NCBI GenBank assembly: GCA_951406725.2 | Contig: OX597826.1 | Location: 3,224,001 to 3,288,000, forward strand | Origin: Octopus vulgaris | Lineage: Eukaryota | Direction: 5' to 3' | Length of the DNA stretch: 64,000 bases | Shown: positions 12,681 through 28,261 of the stretch, piece by piece | How the letters are laid out: every line of letters starts with the position of its first letter | Position numbering within the stretch: the stretch's first letter is position 1 | Made by a program: the position numbers and the translations under genes | Notes under the pieces: model-generated | Told to the model about the DNA's origin: nothing | Seen by the model: the letters and a program-made list of their open reading frames with translations, nothing else | Databases searched by the model: none

Positions 12681-13988
12681 GACGCTAATCGTTTATCAAT
12701 ATATCAATATAAAACTAGATTAAAGCGAAATAACCTATGCAAATATCTGTGGATGTTACGCACTATTATCTCTTACATACTCCAGACCAAAGTTTGTTGC
12801 CATGCTGGGCCACAATCATAATTCAATATTTAGCAGCATTTTTTCCAATTTTACGTTCTGATTTCAAATCCCACCAGGGTCAAATTTTATTTAGGGATCG
12901 ACATACCCCTCCCAAGAAATTACTGGCCTTGTGCCAACATTTGAAATCAATATTTAACATATTACTTTCAAATACGTTGTCTTACACAGTGGAATTACAC
13001 TGTGTAATAAGAAAAAAAAATACTCACAATCAGTGGAGATATCCTGACAGATATCTACGAAGACTTGTGTTATTGATTATTTGAGAACGACTTTGACAAA
13101 GAAAATGCGATTGATTTTTTTTAACAATACATAAAAAAACAACGATCACTTTGTAGGTTAGATATTATCACTAAAGAAGTGATTGAAACCGTGCGTATGT
13201 GTTATTATTGATGGTGTTGTGATCCACCCAAGACACATCAAAATATATACGTTTCGAAACAAATGCTTACAAACATACATGTATAGGTATATATGTACGT
13301 ACATACATTCATGTATGCATGCATACATACGTACATACATAACGTACATATAAGCACCATTACTTACCAACATTGTCGTACATGCAGATGCATACACATA
13401 CAGTTAGCTTAGTGATTTCAGACATTTGACTGTGTTGATAGTGGGACAGAGCTTTCTTGGGTATATATTTGATTGCATCGACCCAGTACTTGTACATGTA
13501 TATTTATAGATAAATCCATACACATACAGAAACACTGTGATATATAAATGGCAACTCATATTAGGTGAGAGAAAATAGTCAATAAAAAGGCGTCATATTG
13601 TAAGATGACATAATTTTTCTTTTATTTCAAAAGCATTTTTTATCATTCCCTGTAGAATTTTCTGGTATTAATTATTAGTTTCTCAAAATAAAATATATAC
13701 ATAAAAAACTACCCTTTTCTATGGCACCCTTGGATAGAAACAAATTATTTTCGCGATGGTAGATGAAAACATTCTTGCAACAAGAATGAGAGATATGTAT
13801 TTCTTTCTATCGACGTATTTATTTATAAAGGTAATTTTATATCTTATACGCTATTATGATACAGGAAATATCTTTTCGAAACCTTCTGATAGCCGGGCTG
13901 TGGAAATATCTATATTACAGAAATGTTATCACAAAGCAACGTCGATCAATGAGACACAAAGAAAGAGAAAAAAAAACAGAGTGGAAGA

Positions 13989-14031
<43 letters not shown>

Positions 14032-14716
14032 AAAGAAAAGGAAGGAGAGAGAGAGCGTGACAGACAAAAAGAGATGGAAGGAAGATTTGAGGAAATATAT
14101 GGAGAACGAATGAGATAAATATATAGAGGGATAAACAAACATGAGAATAGCGAGATATGAATAGGCAAACAAAAGTACGTCAGATAGATTTTGTATTTTG
14201 ATAAGTACATGCATAAGAATTATAGACACAAACATGCATTCTCACACACACGTATAAACACAGATATATGTATATAGAGAAAACTATACATATATACTCA
14301 CACACGCACATATATATATATGTATGTATATCTTCAATCATGCATCGGTACATACATATATTCATGGATGCTTACATACGTACAGGAGTGACTTTGGTGA
14401 TGCATCAGAGACACAATATATCGAATTAAAAGTTTACTGTAACCAAAGAATTTCATTATGTACGTGTATTGTCATACATATCCTTAACTCCAACTTTCGT
14501 TGACTACAACGTGGATGACATTTTCTTTAGTTCGTCTTAGAGCCTCAACTAAATATCATGACCTTTTAAAACATACGAACACACACACACATAGATCTAT
14601 GCATATACACACATACACACATACAGGTACTCATATACACAAACGCACACAAAGACGAACATACGAACACGCATCTACACCAACACACACACATATTTAT
14701 ATATCTATATATCATA

Positions 14717-14756
<40 letters not shown>

Positions 14757-14813
14757 TATATATATATATACATATGTATATATACATATATATACATATA
14801 TATATATACATAT

Positions 14814-14877
<64 letters not shown>

Positions 14878-15370
14878 TATGTACACACGTATATATATAT
14901 ATATATCTACATACATATATATATATATATACATATATATAAATACACGTATATACATGTATACAAATATGTATGAGCAAACATGAGTTTTTTAGATATA
15001 TTCAAATGCGTACATATTTATGCAAGCATACGTATACATATATGTGTGCGCGTAGATATACTTATGTACATATCTTAGAGAGATCTTTTACGTATATAAC
15101 GAATGTTGTATGTTCTTGTATCAACATATACGAATGCAAAGATACACACACTCACACACACACACATGTATGCATATATATACAAAAGTAAGCGACAAAA
15201 CATATCTTAATGCAATTATTTGTATATAGCTAAATATAAAGTACATATATTTATAGTAAAACGCAAGACTGTATATTTTTTCAAGCAAATATAATTATAG
15301 AAATGAATGCGTGTATGTTTTTCCAATACTGTACACGTAAATGCGCAAACACACGCATAGACATGCATGT

Positions 15371-15403
<33 letters not shown>

Positions 15404-15406
15404 CAT

Positions 15407-15449
<43 letters not shown>

Positions 15450-15704
15450 AAGAGAATGACATCAAGGCGTAAGAATATGATTGTCGCATAATTTTCTTGT
15501 GATACTTCTGTGATATCCCTCTTCGCAATTGTCTTTTAGATTTACCATTCTACTGTTTCTTCAATATCCATCTAAACCTTTTCCAGAGTATTCCTCTTGA
15601 AATTCACTGTGAATGATTTCTTTTCAAACCATTCTATTGTTTTATTCCATTCATTATTCTTCGTTTTCTTTACCTCAATGTTATTAGCATCTATTTCTCT
15701 TTTG

Positions 15705-15745
<41 letters not shown>

Positions 15746-15758
15746 GTCTATCTATCAG

Positions 15759-15820
<62 letters not shown>

Positions 15821-15821
15821 A

Positions 15822-15852
<31 letters not shown>

Positions 15853-16238
15853 AATCTATCTATCTATCTATCTATCTATATATCTATATCTATTTGTCTA
15901 TCCATCTATGTATCTATCTATATGTATGCATATACATACTTACATACATACATTCATACATACACATACATGTGTGCGTGTGTGTGTGTTTGTTTGTGTG
16001 CTTGTACGTATGTGTATATGTATATACTTTTCACATCCATAATTTCAATAAACAATTGCTTATAGGATCCTCTTCTCGGATTTACCAAGGGAGAAAAGGT
16101 ATCAGAGACTAGCGATTTATTGTTAGCTCGGGCACTACAAAAGGACCGTTGTGGGAAGACGGCATGTGAAACCGAATCTAGAGGAAACACGGTATCCGCC
16201 AGGACTACATTTACCTTTAAACTTTATATATATATATA

Positions 16239-16903
<665 letters not shown>

Positions 16904-17078
16904 ATATGTGTGTGTGTATATATACACACGCATATATATATATACATAATTATACACACACACACGCGCGAATATATACGTGTGTAGATGTGTGTGTATG
17001 TGCGTGTGTGTGTGGGTGCATGCCTGCATATGTATTTATAAGCACGCACGTGCGTATGAATATATATATTAAATATAT

Positions 17079-17139
<61 letters not shown>

Positions 17140-17144
<5 letters not shown>

Positions 17145-17579
17145 ATATTAGGGAATAAATCCAAATTTACAGGGAAAAATCAGATTTAGGATAAATCCAA
17201 TTTTATAGTAAAATATTATATAATATAATTCGAGACAAAACCACTATTTTGTTTTTTGTTTTTTGTACATCTTTAAATATGAGAACTTTAATAATAGGTT
17301 TCTTTATATTCAATTGTTTATAGGGTTTATTTTAGATTATATATTGATTATATATAGATTATATATAGATTATATATATTTATATTTTTCATTGATAATT
17401 TTATTATTTTTAACTTATATTTTAATATATTGATATTTTAGATCGAAAATCCACCTGACGAATGTCATTGAAGACATGAAACGATTGTAGTGGCGGTTTA
17501 TTTCATTATATTAAAAAATTTTATGTATTGATTAAGTCTTTCCTTGTTTGTTTTGCAAAATAGTGGTTTTGTTTCGAAT

Positions 17580-17590
<11 letters not shown>
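17140..17590 (+). mobile_element. (TA)n-flanked fold-back element with hammerhead (Penelope-like pLTR remnant)
   Basis: Inverted arms tataatataattcgagacaaaaccactattttg (17219-17251) and caaaatagtggttttgtttcgaattatattata (~17555-17588); left arm has an ~80-nt extension; HHR inside. Confidence 0.75.
17451..17493 (+). ncRNA. minimal type I hammerhead ribozyme
   Basis: CCAC-CTGACGA-ATGTC attgaa GACAT-GAAA-C gatt GTA|GTGG: canonical core, perfect 5-bp stem II and 4-bp stem I, GUA triplet, minimal stem III. Confidence 0.85.
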
Positions 17591-17635
<45 letters not shown>

Positions 17636-17819
17636 CTATGCATGTATCTATTAATCCGTCTATTCCTCCACCTCTCTATCTATCAGCACGTACATATTTA
17701 AGTTCATATTCCGCCATGATCGAATTTGCCTTTTATGTTTTCCGGCTCAATAATTCCCCCCGTCCCTTGAACATGCTGGATTTCTGCCAAAATTTGAAAT
17801 CTAGAAATGCATAAATAAG

Positions 17820-18777
17820 GTAATCTGCATTCTTTCCCCAAAATTTAAAGGTCAAAATCCCTAGTACATACTACATGCGAGGTTAAAAATGAAAAAAAAA
17901 GACTCTAAGCAATGTCCGAGTCTCTATTTACTGTCCGGCAATGTTTATTCAGATGCATTTTGTGTTATCGGGCGCGAAAATACCTTAAGCTAAGCCTGAG
18001 AGTAATGAAGTTATAAAAGAATCATCCATAACTTGCAGTAAGCAACATTTATTAGAATAAAAGTATTCAGAACACAGAATAACATGTAACAAAAACAATT
18101 TGCAGACATATTTACATTCCCATATAACAGTTAAGAACATCGCCATTATTGTATTACGCATGCGCGGAAGTGTTTGTTCCACTAGGTGCTGCTGGCTCAA
18201 TTACGCACGAATTGTGCATAATAGTTTAGCGCTAAATAGGCCATCTTGCTGTTGGTATTGGTACTCAGGATGAGGTTGTATGGAAAGATGAAATAAATGA
18301 AAGTGAATCTTGTGATATTGACTATGAATCTGACGATGACGGAGATTTACACTACAATGATGCCGACATGTTTACGGAGGAACAAATGGAACAATTATTT
18401 GGTGCTCGAAGTGATGTTGAATTTGAAGGATTTGAATAAATGTTTCTGCTTTTGATTTTGTAACTGATAGTGATAAGTATGTAATGGCAATTTACTTAAC
18501 ATTTATTTTTCACTGATATTATTAGTTATTTCTTTATTTTCTGCAAACAAAATGCACAAAATAGCTACCCGTTTGTATTATGGTATATATACAATAATAA
18601 TAAAGAACGTTAGCGTATACATTTTTACAAACCAAGGACGTTATATAGACCTCCTTGACTCATGTTAGAGAAGGGGTCCGTATTATACACAAGGTTTAGG
18701 TTTTTCAAAGGTACAGCTTCCTACAAATCCCCTGCGTATTATACTCAAGGGCGGACTATACTCGAGGATTTACGGCA
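17820..18777 (+). mobile_element. pogo-like (Tc1/mariner superfamily) non-autonomous DNA transposon
   Basis: Right end gcggactatactcgaggatttacgg is typical of pogo-like TIRs; 18260-18439 encodes GTQDEVVWKDEINESE...QLFGARSDVEFEGFE*, the acidic DGTEDD...FEGF C-terminus of pogo transposases; left TIR truncated. Confidence 0.75.
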
Positions 18778-18989
18778 TATACACGTGCTTGTATGTGCAC
18801 TGATATAGATCAGATTATAATAATATTTTTTATCTTTGTCAATATTACCGTTTCTTATTTATAAAATGATATTGGCTGTCGTCATTCTCCCTATATTCCA
18901 TTGGCATTATCATCGTCAACGTTTTCATTCAGATTCTCGTTTCACTTTCATGTGGCAGTTTCAGGCCATATTTTTCATTGTCCCTTTTT

Positions 18990-19334
18990 TGGCAAATTAA
19001 CATAACTGTCGTTGTTGTCCTCGTCGTCGTCATCATCATCATCATCAGCAGCAGCTTCCTCGTTGTCGTCATTGTCAACATCATTACCAACACCAATGAG
19101 GTTATCACCATCATCCTCGTCCTCACCAAGATCATCATCATCATCATCATCATCACTGCCGTCATCGTCATTGAATTCATCGCGTCATTATGATCACCAT
19201 CATCATCCTCATCATCATCACAACCACCACCACCAACATCAACATCATCATAGTCATCATCATCATCAGCAGCAGCAGCATCCTCCCCCTCCTCCTCCTC
19301 CTCATCATCATCATCATTATCAACATCGTGGTCG

Positions 19335-19368
<34 letters not shown>

Positions 19369-19387
19369 TTTCATCATTATCGTCATT

Positions 19388-19428
<41 letters not shown>

Positions 19429-21425
19429 TCTCATCATCGTCGTCATTATCATCATCATCTCCGTCATCATCACCGTCGTAGTCGTATTCGTCATTGCTGC
19501 TTCCACCTTCATTATAATCCTCCCTTTCTCTTCTTCCCCCCCCTCATTATTATCATCGAATCGTCAGATTCATTAGTAGCATCTTCCCCACCCAACGCAC
19601 CATCAGCATCATTAGGCCTGCCTCCACCAACGCCAGCTCCACCAATCATCGTCCAATGTGAACATCGTCATCTGCACATTAGACATTTCATTCACATCTT
19701 CATTTTCACATTATCGTTATTTCAATTATATCAATATCTTCATTCTCATTATCATTATCGTCACCTTCCTCCTCCCCTCCTCTCTCTTCCTGTCCCCCCC
19801 TCTTTCTCCTCCCCCATCACCATCACCACTACCAACGTCATCATCATCATCATCATCACCACCACCACCACCACCATCATTATCATCGTCACCATCATCA
19901 TCACCACCACCACCACCATCACCAAAATCACCACCATCATCACTATCATCATCATCACCACCCCCACCACAACAACCACCATCACAACCACCACCACCAT
20001 CATCATCATGAACATCATCTATAGCATCATCTTCGTTATTCCCGCCATCAATCTCCTCTTCTTCACCATCGCAACCAGCGTCACCACTGACATCGGTGCC
20101 ATCGTCAGCGTCATCATCAATGGTAACCTTCATAATTTGCATGGCATGTCTTCAACAGCAGCAGGACTAACATCATCACTTCCATCTTCATTATCGCCGT
20201 CGTCGTCACCATGATCATTGTCATCAACATCGTCCTCCTCATAATCATGAGCATGACAATGATCATCGCCGTTGTCGTCGTCATCGTCGTCCTCATCCTT
20301 ATCGTCATCGCAATCACCATCAGCATCAGCACCACGACCATCATCATCATCAACATCATCATCATCATCATCATCAATAACACCATCAGCATCATCATCA
20401 ACAACGCCATCATCGTCATCATCATTATCGTCATCGTCATCATCATCGTCATCATCATTATCATCATCATTATCATCATGATCATCATCTTCATCATCAT
20501 CTTCATGATCGTCATCATCCTCATAATCATCACCAACATGCGCATCCTCCTCATCATCATCCTCATCATCAACATCATCATCGTCGTCGTCGTCGTCGTC
20601 ATCATCACCATCATCATCATCATCATCATCATCGTCATCCTCATGTCTATAATTAGCATCTATCATTCTCCTCCTCCTCTCCCTCCTTATTATAATCTCC
20701 AGCATCGTTTGTAATGTGTTCACCCCAACACGACGACCACCACCGCCACCATATTTATCATCGTGTCATCTCCATCGCTGAAATTCATCATCGTCTACAC
20801 TTTATACATTTCCTCCACATAATCATCGTTACACGATCATCATTGTTATATTAGCAACAGCAGTACGCAACAGCGATCACCATCATCGTTATCAGCATCA
20901 TCCTCGTTATCATCATCATCATCATCGTCACCATCACCATCATCAATATCATCACCATCATTATCATCATCATCATCATCATCATCATCACCATCTTTAT
21001 CATCATCGTCATCATTGCCATCCTCCTCCTCATCATCATCAACTTCATCATCATCATCATCAGCAGCAGCAGCAGCAGCATCATAACCATCATCATTACA
21101 ACAACACGATCATTATCACAACTACCTCCGACAAAAGCACTAACAATAGCACCATCATCATCATCATCAACATCATCATTAACTTCATCATCATCATAGC
21201 TATCATTATCATCAACATCATCATCATCATCATAGCTATCATCATCTTCAACATCATCATCATCACCATAGCTATCATCATCTTCAACATCATCATCATC
21301 ACCATAGCTATCATCATCTTCAACATCATCATCATCACCATAGCTATCATCATCTTCAACATCATCATCATCACCATAGCTATCATCATCTTCAACATCG
21401 TCATCATCATAATGATCGACGTCAT
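18990..21425. repeat. ~2.4 kb degenerate (CAT/ATC)n trinucleotide tract
   Basis: Continuous catcat/caccac/cgtcgt/cctcct triplets; yields poly-H/S/I/D/M ORFs in several frames on both strands. Confidence 0.95.
21195..21400. repeat. 36-bp minisatellite (~5.5 copies) within the triplet tract
   Basis: Unit catagctatcatcatcttcaacatcatcatcatcac repeated nearly perfectly. Confidence 0.9.
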
Positions 21426-22744
21426 CAACACGTTAATGTAATTGTAGATGTGAGTCATATTCTTATTCCTAATTTTTCTCCTTCGTCTTCTTTCTCATGG
21501 TTTTTGTTGTTGCTGTTGTTCTTGTTGTTCTTGTCTTCAGGTACACAAGCGGGTGATGTGTTTATAATTATTTTAGCAAATCCATTCTAGAATAATGATC
21601 CGCAGAATTAAACTATTCATTGAAATGCTAAATACGTTTTCACTCGAAATCTAGAAAACAGTAATTATTGTTAGAATCCAATTTAAAAATCCCAGTAAAA
21701 ACACATATTTTGTCTTGGAAAACACAAACACATTTCCATTATATATTTTTGTTCTTTGCTTGTATTTACTCATTGTTTCATTGGTGGTTTTTAGCGTATT
21801 TTTATTTGTCAGTTCTCGCTTTATTTTACTTTATTTCCTTATTTCACGCCTTCTTTATTGTTGCTGTCTTTTATATTGCAAATGATGTATAAATGCATTA
21901 GTTACTTAGGTTTCAATCGTAAGCAAAACAAAGTAGAAACTAGTTGTTTTAAGCTTATAATTTGTTTTGTTTTTCTTTCATTCTTAGTCTTCTCTTTTCT
22001 ATTTCAAGGCGCCATGATTCAAACATGCATAGCAAGTAGAGGAGGATTTAACGTCAATATCCTAGCAGATATGTGAGGATATAATTATACACCGTTCATA
22101 ATATGTATATATAAATATACATGCATATAAATATATATATATAAATATATATATATGTGTGTGTGTGTATGTATGTATATATGTATATGGTTTATTTTTT
22201 GTTTGAATTGTTTACCTCATTTTCTAACTTTGTGTGCATTTGTGGATGTGTGTGAGTGTGTAGAGAGAGAGAGAAAGAATAGATTAAAACCAATGAAAAC
22301 ATAAGCATATACACATATACATACATATATGTAAACGTGAGGATATACATATATAAACATACATACATGTATATACAAACATGCGAATATGTGTACACAC
22401 ACGCACACACGCATACACACACATCCATATATATATTCATATACATTTCGATACATATCATATTATATATGTACATGTATATATATATATATACGTATAT
22501 ATATACATATATATATATATATACGTATATATATACATATATATATATATGTATACTCATGCACATTTGTACGTACTTATGCATGCATATCTATGTATAC
22601 GTATATGTATATATGTATACATATACACATATACATGTGTATATATATATGTGTGTGTATATATATATGCATATATAAGTATGCGTCTATGTATATATTT
22701 ATAGATATATGCATATATATATGTAACTATATATATATATACGT

Positions 22745-22835
<91 letters not shown>

Positions 22836-24266
22836 CGCGCTTATACGCACATACATATACATTGCTTTTGTCTATTTCTCTCTCTGTATACTTTTTTTTT
22901 GCCAAACACAGCACAGATCATTCTATGTAATAACAACTTTGAAGAATAATTAAAAGAATAACGTTTAACATCGAATACTTTCGATTAGAAACGTAACACT
23001 TACAAAGATATTGCAATTTGTAAATTTTTTATTCTCTTTTACTTTCTCGTTGCTCGAATCGCTGTTGTCTTCCGGGGAACAACAGCAACAAATAAAATAG
23101 ACGTATTGCAATTAATTCTTAGTAAATATTGATTAATAGTTGAACAGATTCTAGAGATAAATCTTCCCGAGAGTGTATTGTTTTCAATAAATATGTGCCA
23201 ACCTATAAAGCAATGCGTTTAGAGAAATACTAAAATGTTCCACTTAATAGCTGATAATATTAAACTTTACGTACTCAAGTTCAGTCCATGTATCGTCAGT
23301 GATATTTTTCGCTTATCTTTGTTGAAGCGCTAATGATATTGTAAGTTTCTTCTTATTGTTGCAATTGTTGGTGATATCTAATTTTCGTATTACACTGTTT
23401 CTAGTGATATTTAATCAACACTTTCGCTTGTGAATATTCCCTTGTGGTTTCTAAGAGAAATGCATCGAAAGTGATATTCATTTCTGTAATATTATACTGT
23501 ATGATTTGTGACTGATTTATTTGCTATTTCTAGCATTTTAGAGTCCTATAAACTATCAATCCTTTTAATCGTTAACTATCCAGTAATATACTGCGGTGTC
23601 ATATTATTTATTACATATTGTTTTATTTGTGCAGTACTGTAAGGTTATCTTGAAATGCATTTAAAACACGGCTTTAACATCTTTCGCAATGTCTTCGCAG
23701 TTATTTTTTACCTCTTATAATGATATTCCATCAATAAACATTCAAGACATAATTTCACCCGAAGAGGGAAGCTCACAGGAAGATGAACAAAACGTAACCA
23801 TGCCTTAGCTATTTTGTATTTTCGAGATACCTTTTATTATTAGCAAAATAATACATTTCATTTCCTCAGATTTACTTCATATCATCCAAAAAATGAATTC
23901 TAGGTCAACTGCACCATTCTGTGATGTTGCATTTACGTATTATTGTTCTCAGATGTTTTCCGTGATGGTTACAGGAATATGTGAGTATGTGCAAGAGTAT
24001 TTGTATGCATGTAGGGAGATAAAATCATTCTTATGTGTGATACACACAAATATTCAATGCATACATACACACAAACCTATGCTATGCACATACGCATGTA
24101 CGCACAGCGACACACGCGCAGATGTGTATATGGATGCATTTTCTCGCTATATACACGCAAATGTTTGCACACACACAGACATGTAGCCATGTGTGAAAAT
24201 TTCTGTCTGTCCACATATAGCACATGTTCGTAAGCAAGCATGTGTCATGCGATGCACGTATATGGT

Positions 24267-24650
24267 GGAAGCGCATTAGCTCAGTGGTTAGGGCAGCGGT
24301 CTCGCGGTCGTGAAAACGCAGTTTCGATTCCCAGGCAGGGCGGTGTGAGTTTTTTATTGAGCAAAGACACAAAAATCTCAACGAGACTCTAGTAGGGGTG
24401 GTGAAACCTGCTGTATTCTTTCACCACAACTTTCTCTCTCTCTCTCTTTCTTCCTGTTTCTGTTGAACCTGTATTTCAAAAGGGCCAACCTTGTCACACT
24501 CTGTGTCACGCTGAATCTCCCTGAGAAATACGTTAAGTGTACACGTGTCTGTGGACTTCTCAGTCACTTACACGTTAATTTTACGAGCAGACCGTTCCGT
24601 TGATCGGATCAACTGGAACCCGCGTCGTCGTAACCGACGGAGTGCCACCA
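24267..24650 (+). mobile_element. tRNA-derived SINE, head A + tail 2
   Basis: ggaagcgcattagctcagtggttagggcagcggtctcgcggtcg...gtttcgattccc; tail 2 to taaccgacggagtgcc. Confidence 0.9.
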
Positions 24651-25169
24651 CTAGTACATGTATCAACCGTTGTCTTTAATTGACATTATTATCGTCTCAA
24701 AGGACAGCAATAGCTTATATGACGTTGTCTTACGCACACCACTCATGGTTCTCACTATGTCAATCTAGATCTGCGTGGATCTTCAGCCTTATGCCTAAAG
24801 TACCTTGTGTCCAATTAGTTGCTTGAAAGCTGACATGAAACACTGCAATCCATGACATAGCTAAACCCAGGGAACGTGGTCTTTGAAAAAGATGAGATCA
24901 AACGTTATGTTCGACGGCAACATCTCAAATGCTGCTGTTTTAAATGTAGAAACTATTTAAGATGTATAATTATAAATCAAATACTAACCTCTCATTTCAT
25001 CTAATGTTGGAGTGTGCTGTATATCTTTCTGATATCGGATCTCCATCTTTATTAAAACACATTTAATTTGGATCTTCTCTTGGAGTCTATTTACGAGGAG
25101 GAGTTGCAAAGTTCCTTCTTTAAAGGAATCGTGAAAGGTCTGGTGGGAGACCCAAACTTCCGAGTTCAT

Positions 25170-25305
25170 TTACAGGCCTGAGAAAAACTAAAGGACCACA
25201 GCAATAAATGTGTGAGTCTGAGAGATGTTGAATAAAACCAAATTTAACCGATCCAAATATATATTCGTTTACCCAAAGCCAGGGACTTTTCACCACCCTT
25301 CATAT
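25170..25305 (+). mobile_element. mariner 3' end remnant
   Basis: ...EKLKDHSNKCVSLRDVE* resembles the mariner C-terminus (GI-KL-RW-KC...G-YVE), followed by TIR-like ccagggacttttcaccacccttcat. Confidence 0.55.
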
Positions 25306-26044
25306 ATACAGCTTATAGCTTTAGAGACCATATGAACTGTAGTATCATATAAAACTTTGATCGCCTGTTCTACACCCATTTCACCGTTTAAACCGAGACT
25401 TGTAGCACAATGTGTGGACAGAGCCTTTTAAAGTCTAAGTGTACTATACAATAAATTATGCATAGCACCAATAACACATAAGGAAACTTCATATATTCTG
25501 CTAGATTTTGCCTCAGCCCGAAGCTATTCAACCATCTGCACGACGTATTACAAAGTTATTTTAATTTAATATACTCAGTGTTTTCTCAGTGAATAGTGTT
25601 ACTTTAAATATTTATCAATATTTTTAAATAATTATTATTAATCTCCCGTCACTAACAAAGGAGTAGCTGTATTCAATTGTGCTATATTCCAGAAAATGAC
25701 ATCTGTTAATTATCCCTCCGGCGTTATTCTAACTACATATTTCTATCATAGCGTGAAAGAAGGTATAAACTGTTTTAAGAAATTTTTGTTACTGATAAAG
25801 TATATTATAAATATATTATTTCCATTTTTACGTGGTAACTTAAGAGGTTCTACGAAAAATAAATATATAACATATTGGAAATTTGTTATCAATAATTTGT
25901 GTTTAAATGTTGAAATCCTGATCAGTAAACTTCCTTAGGTTGTTAATTAAATGATACTTTTTTATGTATTCTGTGTCTTAATTACTAGCCATAATTTTCC
26001 ATTCTAAATGTGTGTACAAACAGCTAAATAAATGGCTATTTGAT

Positions 26045-26926
26045 GGAATAAAGTTAGGAAGTATACATCGTGTTGCATTTTCCCCGACTTAACATTTCCA
26101 GATCATTTAATTATATAGGATATTTTGTATCTAAAGCAGCTTTAATTGATGGAAGTTGTGATTATTTTGGTTGAAAAGTCCGTAGAAGCTCTTAGTGAAT
26201 AATCCATATATATCCTACCAAACACCCGATAAAATTAATTTTCGGTGGGGCCTTATTATGAATGGGTACATTCAGTGTTGAATATTGTTGAAAAAAATAA
26301 ATTTCTCACCTTCATGCACGATCCAGTTTATAAACTGTATTTGGTAGTTACGTGTATTGAGTGATTCACAGCAATCAAACCTCTACCCATGATTTTCCAC
26401 TGAAATAACATAACGAACCCATTTCCCCCATTTTGAAACTTTTCCTAGCTTCTTGAAGTGATTATGAATCGTCATAAGGCTAGCATTAAGCTCGGCGGAA
26501 GGTCGTTCACTGTCACAGCAGGTAAATTGCAAGAATTGCATCTTGCATCTTGAAATTCGTAAGGACTTCCTCGTGTAAATTGAAATTGTTATATCTGAAT
26601 ATTTCAGACCCCAATCTTCACATTCGTTCAATTATTGCATATTAACCATGAGACTGTGGAGCAAGTTTGGCCGCTACCTTTACAATAGTGGGTCGACGAA
26701 ACTCGTGTAGAATAACGTGATGAATATTTTCTTTGTATGGTTCCATGATGCTCCTTGGTTCTTTCTGTAGAACATCAATATACTAAAATGTGGTCGTCAC
26801 TCTACGGGAAATCTTCATTAAATGTTTATGCATCAGCAAATGCCATCCATGGTCATAATTCTTAAGAGCAACAGTTTTCAAGAAATTTATGCGCATAATT
26901 GCACAGAACTTTCTACAAAACCTGAT
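26045..26926 (-). mobile_element. degenerate mariner transposon
   Basis: Minus strand from ATG at 26746: MEPYKENIHHVILHEFRR...IERM*RLGSEIFRYNNFNLHEE (HTH), then AELNASLMTIHNHFKKLGKVSKWGKWVRYVIS (WVPHEL region); TIR-like gcacagaactttctacaaaacctgata at 26901-26926. Confidence 0.8.
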
Positions 26927-28261
26927 AATTATTCCGACATGGAAAGTAAGATTGAAAGCAATTAAACCTAAGTCGTATTTGAACTTTCTAGATTAAATAT
27001 CGCAAAAGACAAATCCATTCTCACTACTTCTCCAGTCTAGAAAAATCTAAGTGCATTATTCATCTGCTTCTGTTTATATTAGTATAAGAATTTACGTATC
27101 TATGAATTACGGATTTTTATATTATATTAACAAAATCGTCATAGTAATTCCGAATTAGACTTCTTAAATTTGTGTATAACGATATTTTATGAACGCTGGA
27201 GTAGTATGCCAAAGTTTAGCACGAAATAAACTAAAATGGTAATATATTTGCAATCAGTTTTACCATAATCTATGCTTCTTCCTCATCAAAATGAGTGGAG
27301 AACATGAAGGCCACAAACAGCTATTCTGCGCTATTCTTAAACATAGAGGTTGAGATCATTTGCTGAGTGAAATGGAGACGTTTATTGTTAGAAAAAATAT
27401 CGTTCTTTCTTTTTCCATTGGTGAAATACTGCCAAATTCAACGATAATTCAAACTGTAGAAAGTTCAATACAATTGTTAGAGAAATTAAGTTGGATACAA
27501 TCATATCGACTGTAGATTATTCATTTTGGAAAACGGAACTTTGTAATTTGGGAAAAGACATAAACACACAGAAACACACATGCTCACATACATACATACA
27601 TACATACATACATACATACATACATACATACATACATACATACATACATGCATACATACAATACGTACGTACGTACATACATACATACGTTCAGATACCG
27701 CAGCATGTATGGTTACATTTCCCCTAATCGATAATTATATTGCAAAATGTATGGACTCTTCCTATATCTGGTGAAACGCAGGCATTCTGCATGTGTGCTT
27801 CATTGCATCTGTCCCCTAGTTTCCTCAACTGGTTTCAAGTTAGATATGTCATATTCGGTTCTTCTAAGCCAGAACATTCTGAGATATTCTGCTGTAAATA
27901 TCTGCCTCGGTACCAGATTTCATAGCATATATGGCATGGGACGGCTCTAAATGCATATCTGAATTTATTTGTTGTAGATGTTGTTTATCCTCCACGTCAA
28001 CTATTACTTAGAAGATTTAATTCTCCATATATTCCGGCGGTAATAATCCAGCCAACGTTTGGATGTATTACATAGCCTCTGTTCCGGTTTATACACAATG
28101 CAGAGATAGTTTAAGGCTACTAGTTCTAGCAGGTCAATATTCCTTATGTCAGAATGTTAACTCTTATTGGTGGGATAAAATGAATACCAATTTATACTAG
28201 ATATTTCTGCGCGTATATATTTCTTGTCAGTACTGAGCATAATCCCAATGGTATTTGTTAT

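Noticed and set aside
16148-16200. GAAGA-CGG...CCG...GAAAC-ACG-GTA-TCCGC
   Set aside because: Needs a 3-nt deletion to restore the core, and stem II is not adjacent to GAAA
19012-20723. 400-aa and other long poly-His/Ser/Asp/Ile ORFs
   Set aside because: Triplet repeat keeps several frames open on both strands; no domain
22945-23000. TTGAAGA-a-TAAT...ATTA-GAAACGTA
   Set aside because: No stem I pairing
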